DNA of 64,000 nucleotides from Spongospora subterranea f. sp. subterranea (Eukaryota). Shown here piece by piece: positions 1 through 11,912 of the stretch. The notes below the pieces were generated by a model. That model was not told the DNA's origin. It saw nothing but the letters and a program-made list of their open reading frames with translations, and did no database searches. The stretch lies in assembly GCA_049724395.1 (NCBI GenBank), contig JAUGWO010000045.1, positions 124,001 through 188,000 on the forward strand, in the 5' to 3' direction. Every line of letters begins with the position of its first letter. Position 1 is the stretch's first letter. Both the position numbers and the translations under genes were made by a program.

Positions 1-183
1 GCCTGCGACGAATCGGTTCGTAATCATCTACTGGAGACGATCAGACTCGAGTTCGAGCGAACACAGCACGTTCAGGATATTGTCCAGATCAGGTTTTTGT
101 TAGCCGATGGCAGAGTGAGACTGAAGGAGTTGGCCAATATTATCGGAGCGTCTGGCTCTGCTGGTAACAAGATTCCAAAATGA
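1..183 (+). CDS. LYR-motif (Complex1_LYR, LYRM2-like) protein, 3' part; truncated by window start
   Basis: Frame 1 reads ACDESVRNHLLETIRLEFERTQHVQDIVQIRFLLADGRVRLKELANIIG...K*. The 'R.EF....D...I..LL..G...L' pattern is typical of LYRM proteins. Confidence 0.65.
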   Translation, partial: ACDESVRNHLLETIRLEFERTQHVQDIVQIRFLLADGRVRLKELANIIGASGSAGNKIPK

Positions 184-273
184 TCAAGTAAAAAAAAACG
201 TATGTTGTTATTGACGAGAGATGTGCCGATATAATTATTAAACAAGTTGACAGTGTATTAAATATCTGCAGAC

Positions 274-2328
274 TTAGATGACGTCAAAATCAGTCATGAT
301 ATTGGATTGCCTGGACCGATTCAACGATGGAATTCCACCACGAGCTGATATCGCTTTCGCATATGTCATGGGGATAATCCACTTCGGTCGAACGGGCATC
401 GTGACAGCGACACTCTCAGCAATCTCGGGCACGATTTCATCTGGTTTAAATTCAATGAAGTCGTCTTCCTCGCAGATGAATGACAGATCGTGTCCATCGT
501 CATCGTCTCTGGAATCGACGACGGCTTCGTCCCCATTCCCAGTCGTAGCGCCATCGCCGAAGAATCGGTGCAGTTTCGACTGGATTAGAGTCTGATCAAG
601 GGAACCGGATGGCGCTAATGTGCTAAGCCGCAGGCCCATTAACCGTAATCTCAACGGATATAACGATCTTAACAGCAATAACCCATGATGAACCATATCC
701 TCAACCGACGATATATATCTGAGACCCAAAAACGAAATCAGACGATGGACTTGTCGGAATTTGTAATGCGATTTCAAACATTGGCAGAGTGACCGATTTG
801 GAGGTCACTTTGAAATCCACCGATTTTACAGTAATGGTTAAGGTCTTGCCTTTGTGACCATCCAGATCCTTAAACAACTTCAGGGCGAGGTCCGATAGTT
901 TCCCCTCCAGATCTTTGGGTTGACTCAGCTCTCGAAACGTTCTCGACACACTGATGCTTTTTCCGTTCCTGATATTCCCGATCAAATTCCGAGCGCTGCG
1001 ATCGCCCGATCCCGACGACGGCCCGAGTCAGCCAGTCCATCGAATGTGGTGTGAACACCAGCTTGGCAATAGCGACCTGCCTGAAATCTTGGTGTGCATT
1101 GGTCGCCATCAATGATGAAACAAACCTGATCGACAAACTGCCCACAGGTCTCAACCCCAATCCCTTTCAATATCTGAAACACTCATAATGATCTCACTGA
1201 TCGATATTCCAAACTTCGCCTGAACTTACCCGTTCAGTGACCCGACCGATTCCAGGTATTTTCCTACACGGAAGAGTGTTCATGAAAGAACGAATGGCGT
1301 CTGCGTCGCTGTTCAACAGGTATTGCCCATTGGGCTTGTTCATATCGGAGCATATCTGATCATTGGTTGAAATTCAGCGAGCAGGGCGAAGAGTCTCGGT
1401 TAAGAGAAGACGCACCTTAGCCAGCATCTGATTACACGCAATGCCGGCGCTGGCCGTCAACTGAGTCGCCTCGAAGATGCGCCGGCGAATGATCTCGGCG
1501 ATTTCCGATCCAGAAATCGCCGGCGACGATGAGTTGATGTAATCGGTGACGTCCAAAACTGCTTCGTCAAGTGACCATGAGCTGAAACTCGGATCATATT
1601 CGGCAAAGATTGCTCGAAACTGATCAGCGGCACGCTGATACGCAGGAAAATCTGGAGACGTTTTCCATATTAGAAAACGTGATCGGAACTGTTTCGGGGG
1701 CGATAACCACCGTGTTTGACAAAAACGAGTTGCGGGCAGAGTTTGAGGGCAATGAACCCTGGCATAGCGCTACGAACACCGTATTGCCGAGCGACGTATG
1801 AGGCAGTAGATATCATCTGGGTCGATCCAACCGCCACCGGCTTATCATGTAGGTCGGGATTATCTCGTATGGCGACGGCGCTGAATAAAGCCAAAAACGC
1901 TGAATCAGACCGGGGAAATCGAGTTATTTCGAAAAGGAATTAGGAGCAGACGCGTAGAACATGTCAAGGTCGATGCAGATCCATGTGCGATTAAGTTGCA
2001 TTCCTTGCCGAAGATTGTTCATGAGTTTGGCCGTGTGATCGGTGGCTGCCTGTTTCTCTCGCTCTGTAATCGAGGATATCTTCTCCTTAACCCGTTCAAG
2101 CTGATTTGAGACGCGCTGGGCCTGTTGCTCCTGGTGTTTATAGTAGGCGGAATCCTTGGAGGCCTGGTAGATGACCTGATGGGTTTTCTGCATGTCGATT
2201 GTCGACATACCCGCCTTTTGGCCAGTGCAGTGGAACAGGTGGGTTGGGACATTACTTTCGCCTCCCTCATCGACTGTATCCGTCATCTCGGCGTTGAGGG
2301 TGGGTTTGTGGAGTTTATCGCCATTCAC
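274..2328 (-). CDS. POLK: Y-family DNA polymerase kappa (DinB), multi-exon
   Basis: Motifs KAGM, WICIDLDMFYA, STASYVARQYGVRSAMPGFIALKLCPQL, WSLDEA, TASAGIACNQMLAK, RKSISVSRTF and LRLMGLRLSTL. Apparent +1 indel at 958-962. Confidence 0.95.
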
Positions 2329-2608
2329 TTGCCACTCCGCAGAATGCGTGGACTATGCTCATTCATCGCCAACAAAACGTCCATCCATAGTCGTTCACAC
2401 CAGATTATAGTTCAAATGTAACAAATCAATGCCAATTGAAGGCCAATTGATATATTACCATATGCTAGCAAACCTATTGGGGAGATCTCCGCCTACGGTT
2501 CTGCACACTTCGATCAAATAGCAAGGGAGCCTATCACCTCGTCGACCTCATTAAACTGAGTGTTTATTACCCCGGTTCCTCAAACAATTGCATTGCGCTG
2601 ATGTATTA

Positions 2609-3682
2609 TCACTTGGGGTCTTTGGAACCGAACAAACCATAGACGTCGTCTAAACTTTCGAGACACTCGCGATAATCAACGGGTAATTCATGAAGGACTC
2701 CATCTTTGATATCGTATACCATACCATGGATTTGTGGTTTACCAGTCTTGTGCAAACTTCTCTGAACCGTTGCCGTCTTATACCTTCGAATCCATTCATC
2801 ATTTCATCCCAACAAGGTGCCGAACCGGATTCTTCGACTCACAAGTTGATGCATTGCTCTTGGACATTGAGCTCCACTAATTTCCGTACCTGCAGCTCTG
2901 GACCACGATTGGGTTTTAAACCGAGATCCGGCCCAATGAGTGTGAAAATCAAACGGGAATACCTGGGTCGTCACCGACTGCATTAATCTTGTCCCGATGA
3001 AGGCGATGAACATCTCGGATCATACACAGCCAGTTCCCTAGTACTCCACCCTCATGCTGAATACCATTATCAGTGAGTGATGCCAACAATCTTACTCAAC
3101 ACGGGAGTTCACCTTCTCCAAAGCCGCTTTCACCCCTCCACAGCCATAATGCCCGCAAACTGTGATGGGATTGTCAGGATCTGGTCAATGAGAGCAGTAG
3201 ACAAAACTGGGAACCGATTATATGGGGAACTTTCAGGACTTCAACAGAGAACTCCAGAACCGATAGGAGATTAACGTCAGTCCCGACCACCATGTTGGCG
3301 ATGTTCCGATGGACGAACACTTCTCCTGTCTCTAACCCGGCAATGCTTTGGGCAGATACTAAACAGAGCGGATCGTTATCAAAGCTAGATGGCTACGTGA
3401 AAATACTAACCGCGACTATCAGAGCATCCGATCCAAAGAATCCGAGGAGATTGCGATTCTGCAGTTTTTTTGAAGAAATCTGGCCCCCGGCTTTTTATCC
3501 ACTTTTTGTTGTTTGCAAATATTTCCGGGAATGGATCGGACTATAAGAAACCGAGTTATGTGGCTATATTGATCAAGGGAACATCTAACCGCATCGCTGG
3601 GCTTCTTATTGAACAGTCGGAGGGTCAAGGGCCGACTGGCCGGTCTGGTACGTAAGACGCGCGCTGCAGCTAACGACAACAT
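2609..3682 (-). CDS. Beta-carbonic anhydrase, copy 1, with a mitochondrial-type N-terminal presequence
   Basis: Spliced reading gives [43 protein letters not shown] and [13 protein letters not shown]. The N-terminus [17 protein letters not shown] is Arg-rich and free of acidic residues. Confidence 0.9.
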
Positions 3683-3962
3683 TCTCTGTTGGTTACAAAT
3701 AAATACAAATGATATAATTGTTGACGCCAAGTCAAATAACAGTCTGATCTGTGTGTTGAACCGTCTGAACGCAGCTGAGGAACATATGGTCAACTGAATA
3801 TCGTCACACAGCTGGATGTTTCCCCTGGCTCGACTGCGCGCCGCTTGTCACACTAATTCACGGAAGGACACGTCGACTGAGAGAGAGCCTTCGGAACATC
3901 CGACACAAACAAGTAATCCGAGTTATATATCGATTTGGTTTGAGGTTATTTGTAGATTCGTT

Positions 3963-5020
3963 TCACGTATATAATGCGTATACATCTCCTAGAGTATCAG
4001 AGATCGTATGAAAATCTATGGGCAATTCTTTGAGAACCCCATCTCGTAGATCGTACACCATCCCATGAATTCGAGGGCGTCTATGCTCAAGCAAGCTTTT
4101 CTGAACGGTGGCCGTCTTTAATCTGCAACATTTGCGTCAGTTGTACGCGTAACTAGATATTTGAGTAGGGATACAGATTGATGCACTGCTCTCGAACGTT
4201 GAGTTCAACTAATCGTCGAAGCTGTTCTTCTGAACATACAGAAGTTAGAACAGTGTAGGTGCAAAAGGGGTCGATTTATCAACCTTGTTCGTCTCCCATA
4301 GCTGTAAGTTCATCGTGATGCATTCTGTGCACATCTCGAATATTGCATAACCAATTTCCAAGAACACCACTGTCTAACTATATCAACTGTCAAGAAACCA
4401 CCGCAAGTAGCGCTTTCAACATTGATCAACCTTTTCAAATGCAGCTCTAACACCGCCGCAGCCATAATGCCCACAAACTATGACCGCTTAGAAAACCGTA
4501 TTGTCTACATTATGGGATTGCGAATCGCCTACCTATGATGTGTGGCACCTTTAAAACATTTACCGCATACTCAAGCACAGACAGAAGATTCGCATCCGTT
4601 CCGACAACCATATTGGCGATATTACGATGGACAAATAATTCACCGAATTCCATTCCGGTAATCTCCTCCGCAGGGACTGTCAAAATGGTTTGGAATTCAG
4701 CGAAAACTCTGTAAACGAATAGAATGTAACAAGAACCTCGGCTGTCGGAGCAACCGATCCAAAGATATCGTGGCGATTGCGATTTACACGTCATCTCGAA
4801 AAACAGGGCGCCGTTCTTCTGTACCCATTTCCTGTTGCCCTCAAGCAATTCGGAAACATCATCGACGACGGGCTCTTCGGATTCTGTTATCGACCTGTCA
4901 AGGGACCCCAGCGGCGACAAAACGTTGACGCAAACCATCACTGAAACTCGGGGACGGTACCGAAGCCTGAGGGCTTGCCCAACGAAACGACTTTCCACTC
5001 TTGACCGGATCCGTCTTCAT
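3963..5020 (-). CDS. Beta-carbonic anhydrase, copy 2
   Basis: Motifs [40 protein letters not shown] and [16 protein letters not shown]. Confidence 0.92.
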
Positions 5021-5795
5021 TCACCCTCAACGTCTTGATCAGTCAATGTTTTGCCGATCGATTGTCGAAGTGATTTATCACGTTGATCGCTACATCGTAC
5101 CTATTACAGTACAGGGCTGCACCAATATATTACTGTCAACATGTGCCATGAGTTCATGACGCGGGGAATCAACTGTGAGACGTCATCTGCGTGCTGCCGT
5201 GCGGATATGTTGGACACGGTTTTGCGCAAAGGGTTGCGTCAATCTCAATTATCACTTTTGAGAGCGGACGTTGGTTGCCGGCTCACAGATTGTCAGGTCG
5301 GGGCTAATGAAAAACATGGGTGTCGCCACAAACAAACAAGCCCGAACATCTTCGTGAAGGGCGTGGTTGATGCGGCAGTGCGAATTGTGCTGAGAAGAAG
5401 TGTATACGGGCACAGGTTTGAAGTAAGTAATCGCCAAAAATGGAATAGCATCTGTGAGCTGAAATGCGAAACAAACTAATAAGTAATAATGAAACTCAAA
5501 CAGCGAATGTGCTGTTTTGTGTTCCGATCAGACTGTTGATTCTCTGGATTATATATGGCGTGTTTGATGCAGGTTGGTTGTGAACGCATGTTAAAAATTA
5601 TTCCCAGTAATACAGGCCAAGACGCGATTATATCAAACCTCTTGCATGATATATTATAATACTCAATAAGTTGGTCCACGAGGTAAAAATTGATTGCGTT
5701 ATCAGAAGGAATTCATGACTTCACCTCCGATCCGATCTTAACGCATGAACTAGGGTTGTCAACAATTTCTGTCCAACCAGCCATATTGAATTATA

Positions 5796-6860
5796 ATGGT
5801 GTGGGTAAGTGGTATCTTATGTATAACGCTAGCGGGTATGGCCTTGGGCCAGAACGCATCTGAAGCCGATGTCAGCTTTGCTCAGTCGATTGTTGACAAC
5901 GGGTATTGCAGCTACTATGATAACAGCTGGATTCGTGGGCAGTCTATTAGTTGTTTATGTGCACAAGGTTATCTAGCAGGATGTGTTAACAACAGTCAAT
6001 GCTTAAGCCGAACGGTTTGCGACCCATCCCCATTGTGTGATCAACAGCGGCAATGGATCAATTGCACCGAACGGAAGCAATGTATGAACACACTCAACTG
6101 TACAGCTACTCAAGTCTGTCAGCCTTATCGACAATGCCAACCTGTTGTTCGTCAACGCCGAGTATGCCAGTATGTGGCTTTGCAAGCCGACGATGATTCC
6201 TCACCTCTTCCACCCAATCGGAACGACACCGGTCTGGCATTTACGAAAACGGTCAATTACACAGCGGCTGACACTCTTCTTGCAACAGGAACAAACGCCA
6301 CTACAGGTGCGGTTCCACCTGCGTCGAATGCGACTGCAGGAAATGCAACTGCAAGCGCCGTTTTACCAGCAATGAATGCTACCGCAGGCGCCATTCCACC
6401 ATCGAAAAACGCTACCGCAGGGAATGCTACCACAGGCGCCGTTCCAAAACCGACGGTCGTTCCGCCGCCGATGAATGCTACCGCAGGGAATGCTACCACA
6501 GGAGCCGTTCCATCACCAAAGAATATTACTGCAGGGAATGCAACCGCAGGGGTTGTTCCACCGCCGACGAACGCAACCAATGCAACAGCAGGTGGTCTAC
6601 CACCCAGCAAGGGAGTGAACGCAACCGAGACAAATGTCAATATGACATCGGTGGCAGGAGGAAGCCAACCAAATGCGACAGGTCCGGTAGAGTGCTATGT
6701 GGCTGATTATATTGACGAGTCCTGTGAGAACACGACCGCCTGTTATCCGGCTAATGTCTGCACATTCATTCCCACCTGTTCAAATGTCACATCTTGTGAT
6801 CCGAATCCTGAATGTCAGGATATGAACTCATGCCAGACGATCTGGTCTTGCGGGAGTTAG
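5796..6860 (+). CDS. Secreted Cys-rich glycoprotein with a central N-A-T/Pro-rich repeat
   Basis: Intronless 354-aa ORF with a hydrophobic signal peptide, Cx5C arrays at both ends and repeated NAT(A/T)G(A/N) units. Confidence 0.85.
   Translation: MVWVSGILCITLAGMALGQNASEADVSFAQSIVDNGYCSYYDNSWIRGQSISCLCAQGYLAGCVNNSQCLSRTVCDPSPLCDQQRQWINCTERKQCMNTLNCTATQVCQPYRQCQPVVRQRRVCQYVALQADDDSSPLPPNRNDTGLAFTKTVNYTAADTLLATGTNATTGAVPPASNATAGNATASAVLPAMNATAGAIPPSKNATAGNATTGAVPKPTVVPPPMNATAGNATTGAVPSPKNITAGNATAGVVPPPTNATNATAGGLPPSKGVNATETNVNMTSVAGGSQPNATGPVECYVADYIDESCENTTACYPANVCTFIPTCSNVTSCDPNPECQDMNSCQTIWSCGS
6290..6685 (+). repeat. Imperfect coding tandem repeat (AATGCTACCGCAGG-like units encoding NATAGNATTGAVPPP)
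   Basis: Visible in both the DNA and the translation. Confidence 0.85.
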
Positions 6861-7146
6861 TAGAGCCAGACCCAGGCCCTTAATTTAGCGGCCTTTTGGG
6901 AATAAATCGCTCATGATTGGTGTTGATAACGATGCACTGTCTCCAATAGAAAACTGTCAAAAACAAAGCTTGTGAAACGGCTTTGATGCCGCAAACGTTA
7001 ATAATCATCGCTAATTCTGGACCTTCCTGAATTTCAAAGCATTCCAAGGATGAGCGAACATCCCAGTCCGACTTGTTCGGAGTCCGCCACGGTATCACCC
7101 ACGCAACAAAAATACGATTTCGATCCTGTTAAGGGTTGCGCTCAGA

Positions 7147-8462
7147 ATGATTGACAACGTAACCGGGGCACCGGTAGAGAACGTTACAATGGATGGCGCT
7201 AGATTCCAACAATGTGAACTACCTGGGGATGGTATAGAGAGATATGGGCGGCAAATGCTCCTTCGTGATTGGGGTCCTGGCGCCCAATGTGCTGTCAACA
7301 AGGGTCGTGTGTTGATTATTGGGGCTGGCGGCTTGGGCTGCCCTGTATCCATCTACCTAGCTGGAGCAGGTGTCGGCCATATCGCCATTATCGATAACGA
7401 CCGTATAGAGAAGTCTAATATTCACAGGCAAGTATTGCATCGTGATGATGCGGTTGGAGAATCTAAAGCGGTCTCGGCTGTTAACGCTTGTAAAGCCCTG
7501 AACCCGTCAATTGAATTGATCGCCATTCAGGAGCGATTCGAAGCCAGTAATGCCCTTTCTCTTGGTCCAAGGGTATGATGGTATTATATTGTCGCGCGTT
7601 GCCCTTTCTCATCTCTCTGATCATTCACTTTATTACAGTATTGGTTGACGCCACAGATAATGTTGAAAGTCGTTATTTGATCAATGATATTGGGGTTATG
7701 ACCGGCAAACCTATAGTATGTGGTAGTGCTCTCGGATTTGAAGGTCAGCTTACTGTATATGGGTAATGACCAATATTCATTCTTCCGGCTTAGCCACTAA
7801 ATGTTGCCCACAGATACCGCCAACAATGTTGTTATCGCTGCGTATTCCCTAACCCGCCTCCTAGAGAAGCGATCGGCGATTGTAATAATGCAGGCGTCCT
7901 GGGTCCTATACCCGCAATAATCGGAACGATGCAAGCCCTGGAAGTACTAAAGCTGTTGGCCAATGTCGGGGAAGTGCTTGCATCTCGCCTACTATTATTC
8001 GACGGGCTCAGCATGACGACCCATATCGTCCGCCTTCGCGGCCGTGATCCCAACTGCGCGGTTTGTGGCGATAATCCATCGATAACAAGTCCAACGACAC
8101 TATCGGTGACGTGTTCTAACCCCAGTTCAGCTGCAACAGTCCCGTCGATATCCATTCGCGATTTTGTCGACCTGGCCGAATCGCCCTGCATAGTCATTGA
8201 TGTGAGAGAAAGGCAGCAATATGAAATATGCTCATTGGACGGCTCTCGAAATATACCATTGAGCGTGATGCGGTCGAATACTGTTCACTTCGCAGACCTT
8301 CTTCAGACGTCGCTTCCAATTTACTGCATTTGCAGACGAGGTTTTCTGTCAAGGACGGCAACGTCGATGTTGATTGACGCTGGTGCGAAACATGTATACA
8401 GCGTTGAAGGAGGACTTAGGGCTTATTCCACAGAAATTGACCCGAGGTTGCCAATCTACTGA
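7147..8462 (+). CDS. MOCS3: Adenylyltransferase/sulfurtransferase MOCS3/UBA4 (ThiF plus rhodanese domains)
   Basis: Motifs [43 protein letters not shown] and rhodanese CRRG. Apparent +1 indel at 7564-7565. Confidence 0.95.
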
Positions 8463-8559
8463 TTTTTCATTAAACAATAAGTGTAGGATATATTAAATTA
8501 TTCTAAAATGGGGATTAGTTTTCCATTTGATAGGTATATGGTCTGAAAAGCAGATATCG

Positions 8560-9355
8560 TTATACGTCGTCATCGGCGGCAGACGTTTGTTGCCACCAAT
8601 TGACAAGACCGAGACCATCTTCGGCTATGGTTCCCTGAACAGATATGTCGTTTTGTCAGTGATAACATCTGAATACAACCACACATGAACATACGAATAC
8701 TCTCATAGATGGACGTAGATCGGCCATTAACTTGATCGATTTGTTGGCATCAACGGGAGGAGGTACACCCCTATCCTTTGATTCATTGTTGTATTCGATA
8801 GACAACACGCGCAAGCGAATTTCCTCGCCCACATCCATGTACATATTGTTGTCCAGGTATTTCCAGTACCAGAGCTTCTCTTCCTCGTCGCTGTTCAAAA
8901 TACTCAGCGAAGCCAAGCAAACAAGGCCATGTAAATCGAGTATTTACAAAACGGATGGTTCTGGAAGGTAATCCTTGGGAAGAAATATATCCTCTGAAAA
9001 GTGGAAAGATACTAGAATTCCGGAAGAATCGCTGTGCCTGATGCTGCCAATCAGAAGCTCGTGGACAAACGGCCGGAACAGAATCAGGCTGCATTCTATT
9101 CGGACATGAACACCTCCGTCGCCAGGGAACAGAAGCGGCTCTCCAATGTATAAGATGTTCCGTATGCAGATGCAGAGGCCTTGATCTCGTAGAACCTTAT
9201 TGGCATATCTATGGGCAGATCAGAAAAAAATGAATCGGTTCGATGAGGTGCAATTACTTTTCCTGAAGAGCCATATGAACAGAAGGGACAATATCCGGTA
9301 CAATACAGGGGGCCGGCAATCTAATCACATCCCGAATATCAATCTCAATGAACAT
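8560..9355 (-). CDS. POLR3H: RNA polymerase III subunit RPC8/C25
   Basis: Spliced reading MFIEIDIRDVIRLP..., QGLCIC, FPGDGG, LFRPFVHELLIG, FDEEEKLWYW, GEEIRLRV and EDGLGLVNWW. Confidence 0.9.
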
Positions 9356-9714
9356 AACTTGAACCAATGCCCCCGAAATTCAGCAGCACAATCTTCCCCC
9401 AAATTTCGATAGCGAAACAGGGTCTGGATGATCGGCTGACAACGAGAAAATTACCAACGTAGAAATGGTTCTGAAAAGATGCCTGTATGCCTGTCCTGGA
9501 AAAAATCCTCACGAAAACCCCCCTCGGTTAATAATCCGACATCTGAGTTTTGGCCATAATCTCGTCACCACGGACTCCGCATTAACTCCGTACCTGATGT
9601 ATCGTCATATAATCCACCCTACGAAACAGTATACACTGTACATGACCAGTCACTACACATAGAGTGTACACATGAGATGGTGTAACCTGTTGTATTGGGG
9701 GGCACGGCCACGAC

Positions 9715-11082
9715 TCAACTTGGCGATAAAAAGAACCGGTTCAATTGCTGCATAAACGATCGGGATGGATAACAATCCCTTATGTATCTTTGGATAAATT
9801 GAAGCCATCGACGTAGAAGGGATTTGGAGATATGCGAGAAACCTGAGGGCGTGGCGAAAAGAACGGCGCCTGTTGCAGAATCGATCCGATAAAACACAGA
9901 CAGAATCGCAATGGCAATGCAAGCGGAAAGATTTGCGCCGAGTTTGGTAGGAGATATTATGGAGAATACTGCTGAGGAATCGCAGGACGTGATGGCTGAT
10001 TCATAGAATCCAATAACCGCCGCTAATGATTTATGTAATCCGTTCTTAGAACAATCGGGAATATTCACCTGCAATACGTTTGGCAATAAAAATTGAAACG
10101 CTTGGGCATTCTTCCCATTCGCAAAGCAAACAACACTGTAATTTTTCCTTTTTTCTGCAAAAAATTTCCCTTCGAACAGTTCGATTGAGATATTGGTTTC
10201 GCGAAGAGGATATGATTCGCAAAGTGCATAGTGCTGGGGCGAAAATTGGGTTTGAAAATTCTTGATGATTTCTTGGCATTCGACATCGGTCTGAGCCATC
10301 AGGAATCGATCGCGACAGGAATGGAATAAGGAATGCGTCAAGCCCTGAGCCCAGTTCTCCTGATCGTCAGCGGCACCCTGGATATAATGCCATCCTTGGC
10401 GATGATTCATGACAACGTCATCCTCGATTCTGCCACACGACAAGCAGATAATAGGGATATAATCACGCGCGAACCGATCGTGCTGGTCAGCTGTCCATTG
10501 CGCCGAATATCGATCAACCCAGACAGCCCTTAACGGACGAACGAGCCAACGCAAACAGGATAAATCCGCTAGAGAACCGCAAACGGCGTCGACGAATTCC
10601 GGAATGAGCTTCTCAATTTGAGCGCGTTCGGAATCGCCTATTGACGGATGAAGGTACAAAGTGGAATCCCATTGAGGTTCCGGGAACAGTCTCGCCTTGG
10701 CTCGGTTCATGACGCAGGTCCAGATCGGTACAGTCCTCATGAAACTGTCAGGGAACCGTTTCCCCTTTCTTGTGGAATCGACTAGCACGGCTCCGTTTGA
10801 GTCGATGGCAACCCGGACCACATGTAGATTGAGCCTGGACAGGTTGAATTTCCATGCGCCAGGATGCCCGTCGGTTGACTTGAAATAACATGTGGCAGAG
10901 TCGCGTTGAGTATACCAGATCCCTTGTCGAAGATTGGCGAAACATTCCAGATTGGGATGGGAGGACATAAATTCGCCAACGTATTGGGCGTCGACGTCGA
11001 TGGATCGAAGGCGATTTACCAAAGAGAATTGGCCTCGACGAACCTTCTTGGTTGCCGAACCGAACGAATTCATATTCATCAT
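9715..11082 (-). CDS. RIT1: Initiator tRNA A64 2'-O-ribosylphosphate transferase
   Basis: Motifs NRLRSI, ANLRQGIWY, CYFKSTDGH, RLNLH, VDSTRKGKRFPDS, YIQGAADDQENWAQGLT and C-terminal PSRSFMQQLNRF. Intronless. Confidence 0.93.
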   Translation of the reverse strand: MMNMNSFGSATKKVRRGQFSLVNRLRSIDVDAQYVGEFMSSHPNLECFANLRQGIWYTQRDSATCYFKSTDGHPGAWKFNLSRLNLHVVRVAIDSNGAVLVDSTRKGKRFPDSFMRTVPIWTCVMNRAKARLFPEPQWDSTLYLHPSIGDSERAQIEKLIPEFVDAVCGSLADLSCLRWLVRPLRAVWVDRYSAQWTADQHDRFARDYIPIICLSCGRIEDDVVMNHRQGWHYIQGAADDQENWAQGLTHSLFHSCRDRFLMAQTDVECQEIIKNFQTQFSPQHYALCESYPLRETNISIELFEGKFFAEKRKNYSVVCFANGKNAQAFQFLLPNVLQVNIPDCSKNGLHKSLAAVIGFYESAITSCDSSAVFSIISPTKLGANLSACIAIAILSVFYRIDSATGAVLFATPSGFSHISKSLLRRWLQFIQRYIRDCYPSRSFMQQLNRFFLSPS

Positions 11083-11912
11083 GGGTGCTGATGATGACGC
11101 CTGACAGGCCAAGGGGTTTGCTTGCCAGGCTCATGCGCATCTCGCAATTTCGTTTAGATTGCCGTCGCCTCTCAAGGGTTAAATCCCGAAAATCAGAACC
11201 TATTGAGGGCGTCTGTATTCTAGACCATGGATGTCGCCGACATCAACACTAGACTTCATAAGGAGATTTTTGATGCTGATGTCCCTACACAAAAAGGCAT
11301 ACACCCCATAAAATGCCCTATTTTATATTGTTCATAATTCTGAGTGAGGTTGGCGCAAAACTCGTAAATCTTCCAGTTTACGATGACGATATCACGATGA
11401 CGACATCACGATGACGATGCTCCCCAGAATCGTTAGTCAAACCAATAAAATCCAGGTGGTTGAAATCACGGAAGTCTGTATATGTACCGCTCCGAATCCG
11501 GTTCCAGGCTACCTCCGACCCGAAATGAAACCCGTATCCAACCCAGAGAAAAACGGATCTGCACAACTGGTCTGATGGGTTCCGATGGCCTTGGCCCTGG
11601 TTGACTGCCAGCCCCAGTCCCAATCCACTCCTGAATAATCTCACCAGTCCAGTCGTAACCCCTGTTACTGTAATATTGCCAGCTCCCGACTGGGTCGTGC
11701 CCGGTAACATTGCCCACAACAGGCTGTCAAACTCCAGAACTGGCCGAGGTACCCGTTATATCAGTGCAGTTTCTTGGCAAAAACCTGTGACCGTTTTACG
11801 TTTGTCACGCATATGTATATTTATCATATCATTTTCGTTGGAAATCGTGTCGTTGGCTGTCCATGTGTTGAATGGCAGCGCCCGTTGCTCGTTCAGGTCA
11901 GATCACCTCGAG

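Noticed and set aside
11601..11912. N-terminal extension of the carrier ORF
   Set aside because: It starts at TTG and lies upstream of a good ATG (11913) immediately before the EF-hands, so it is probably promoter or UTR.
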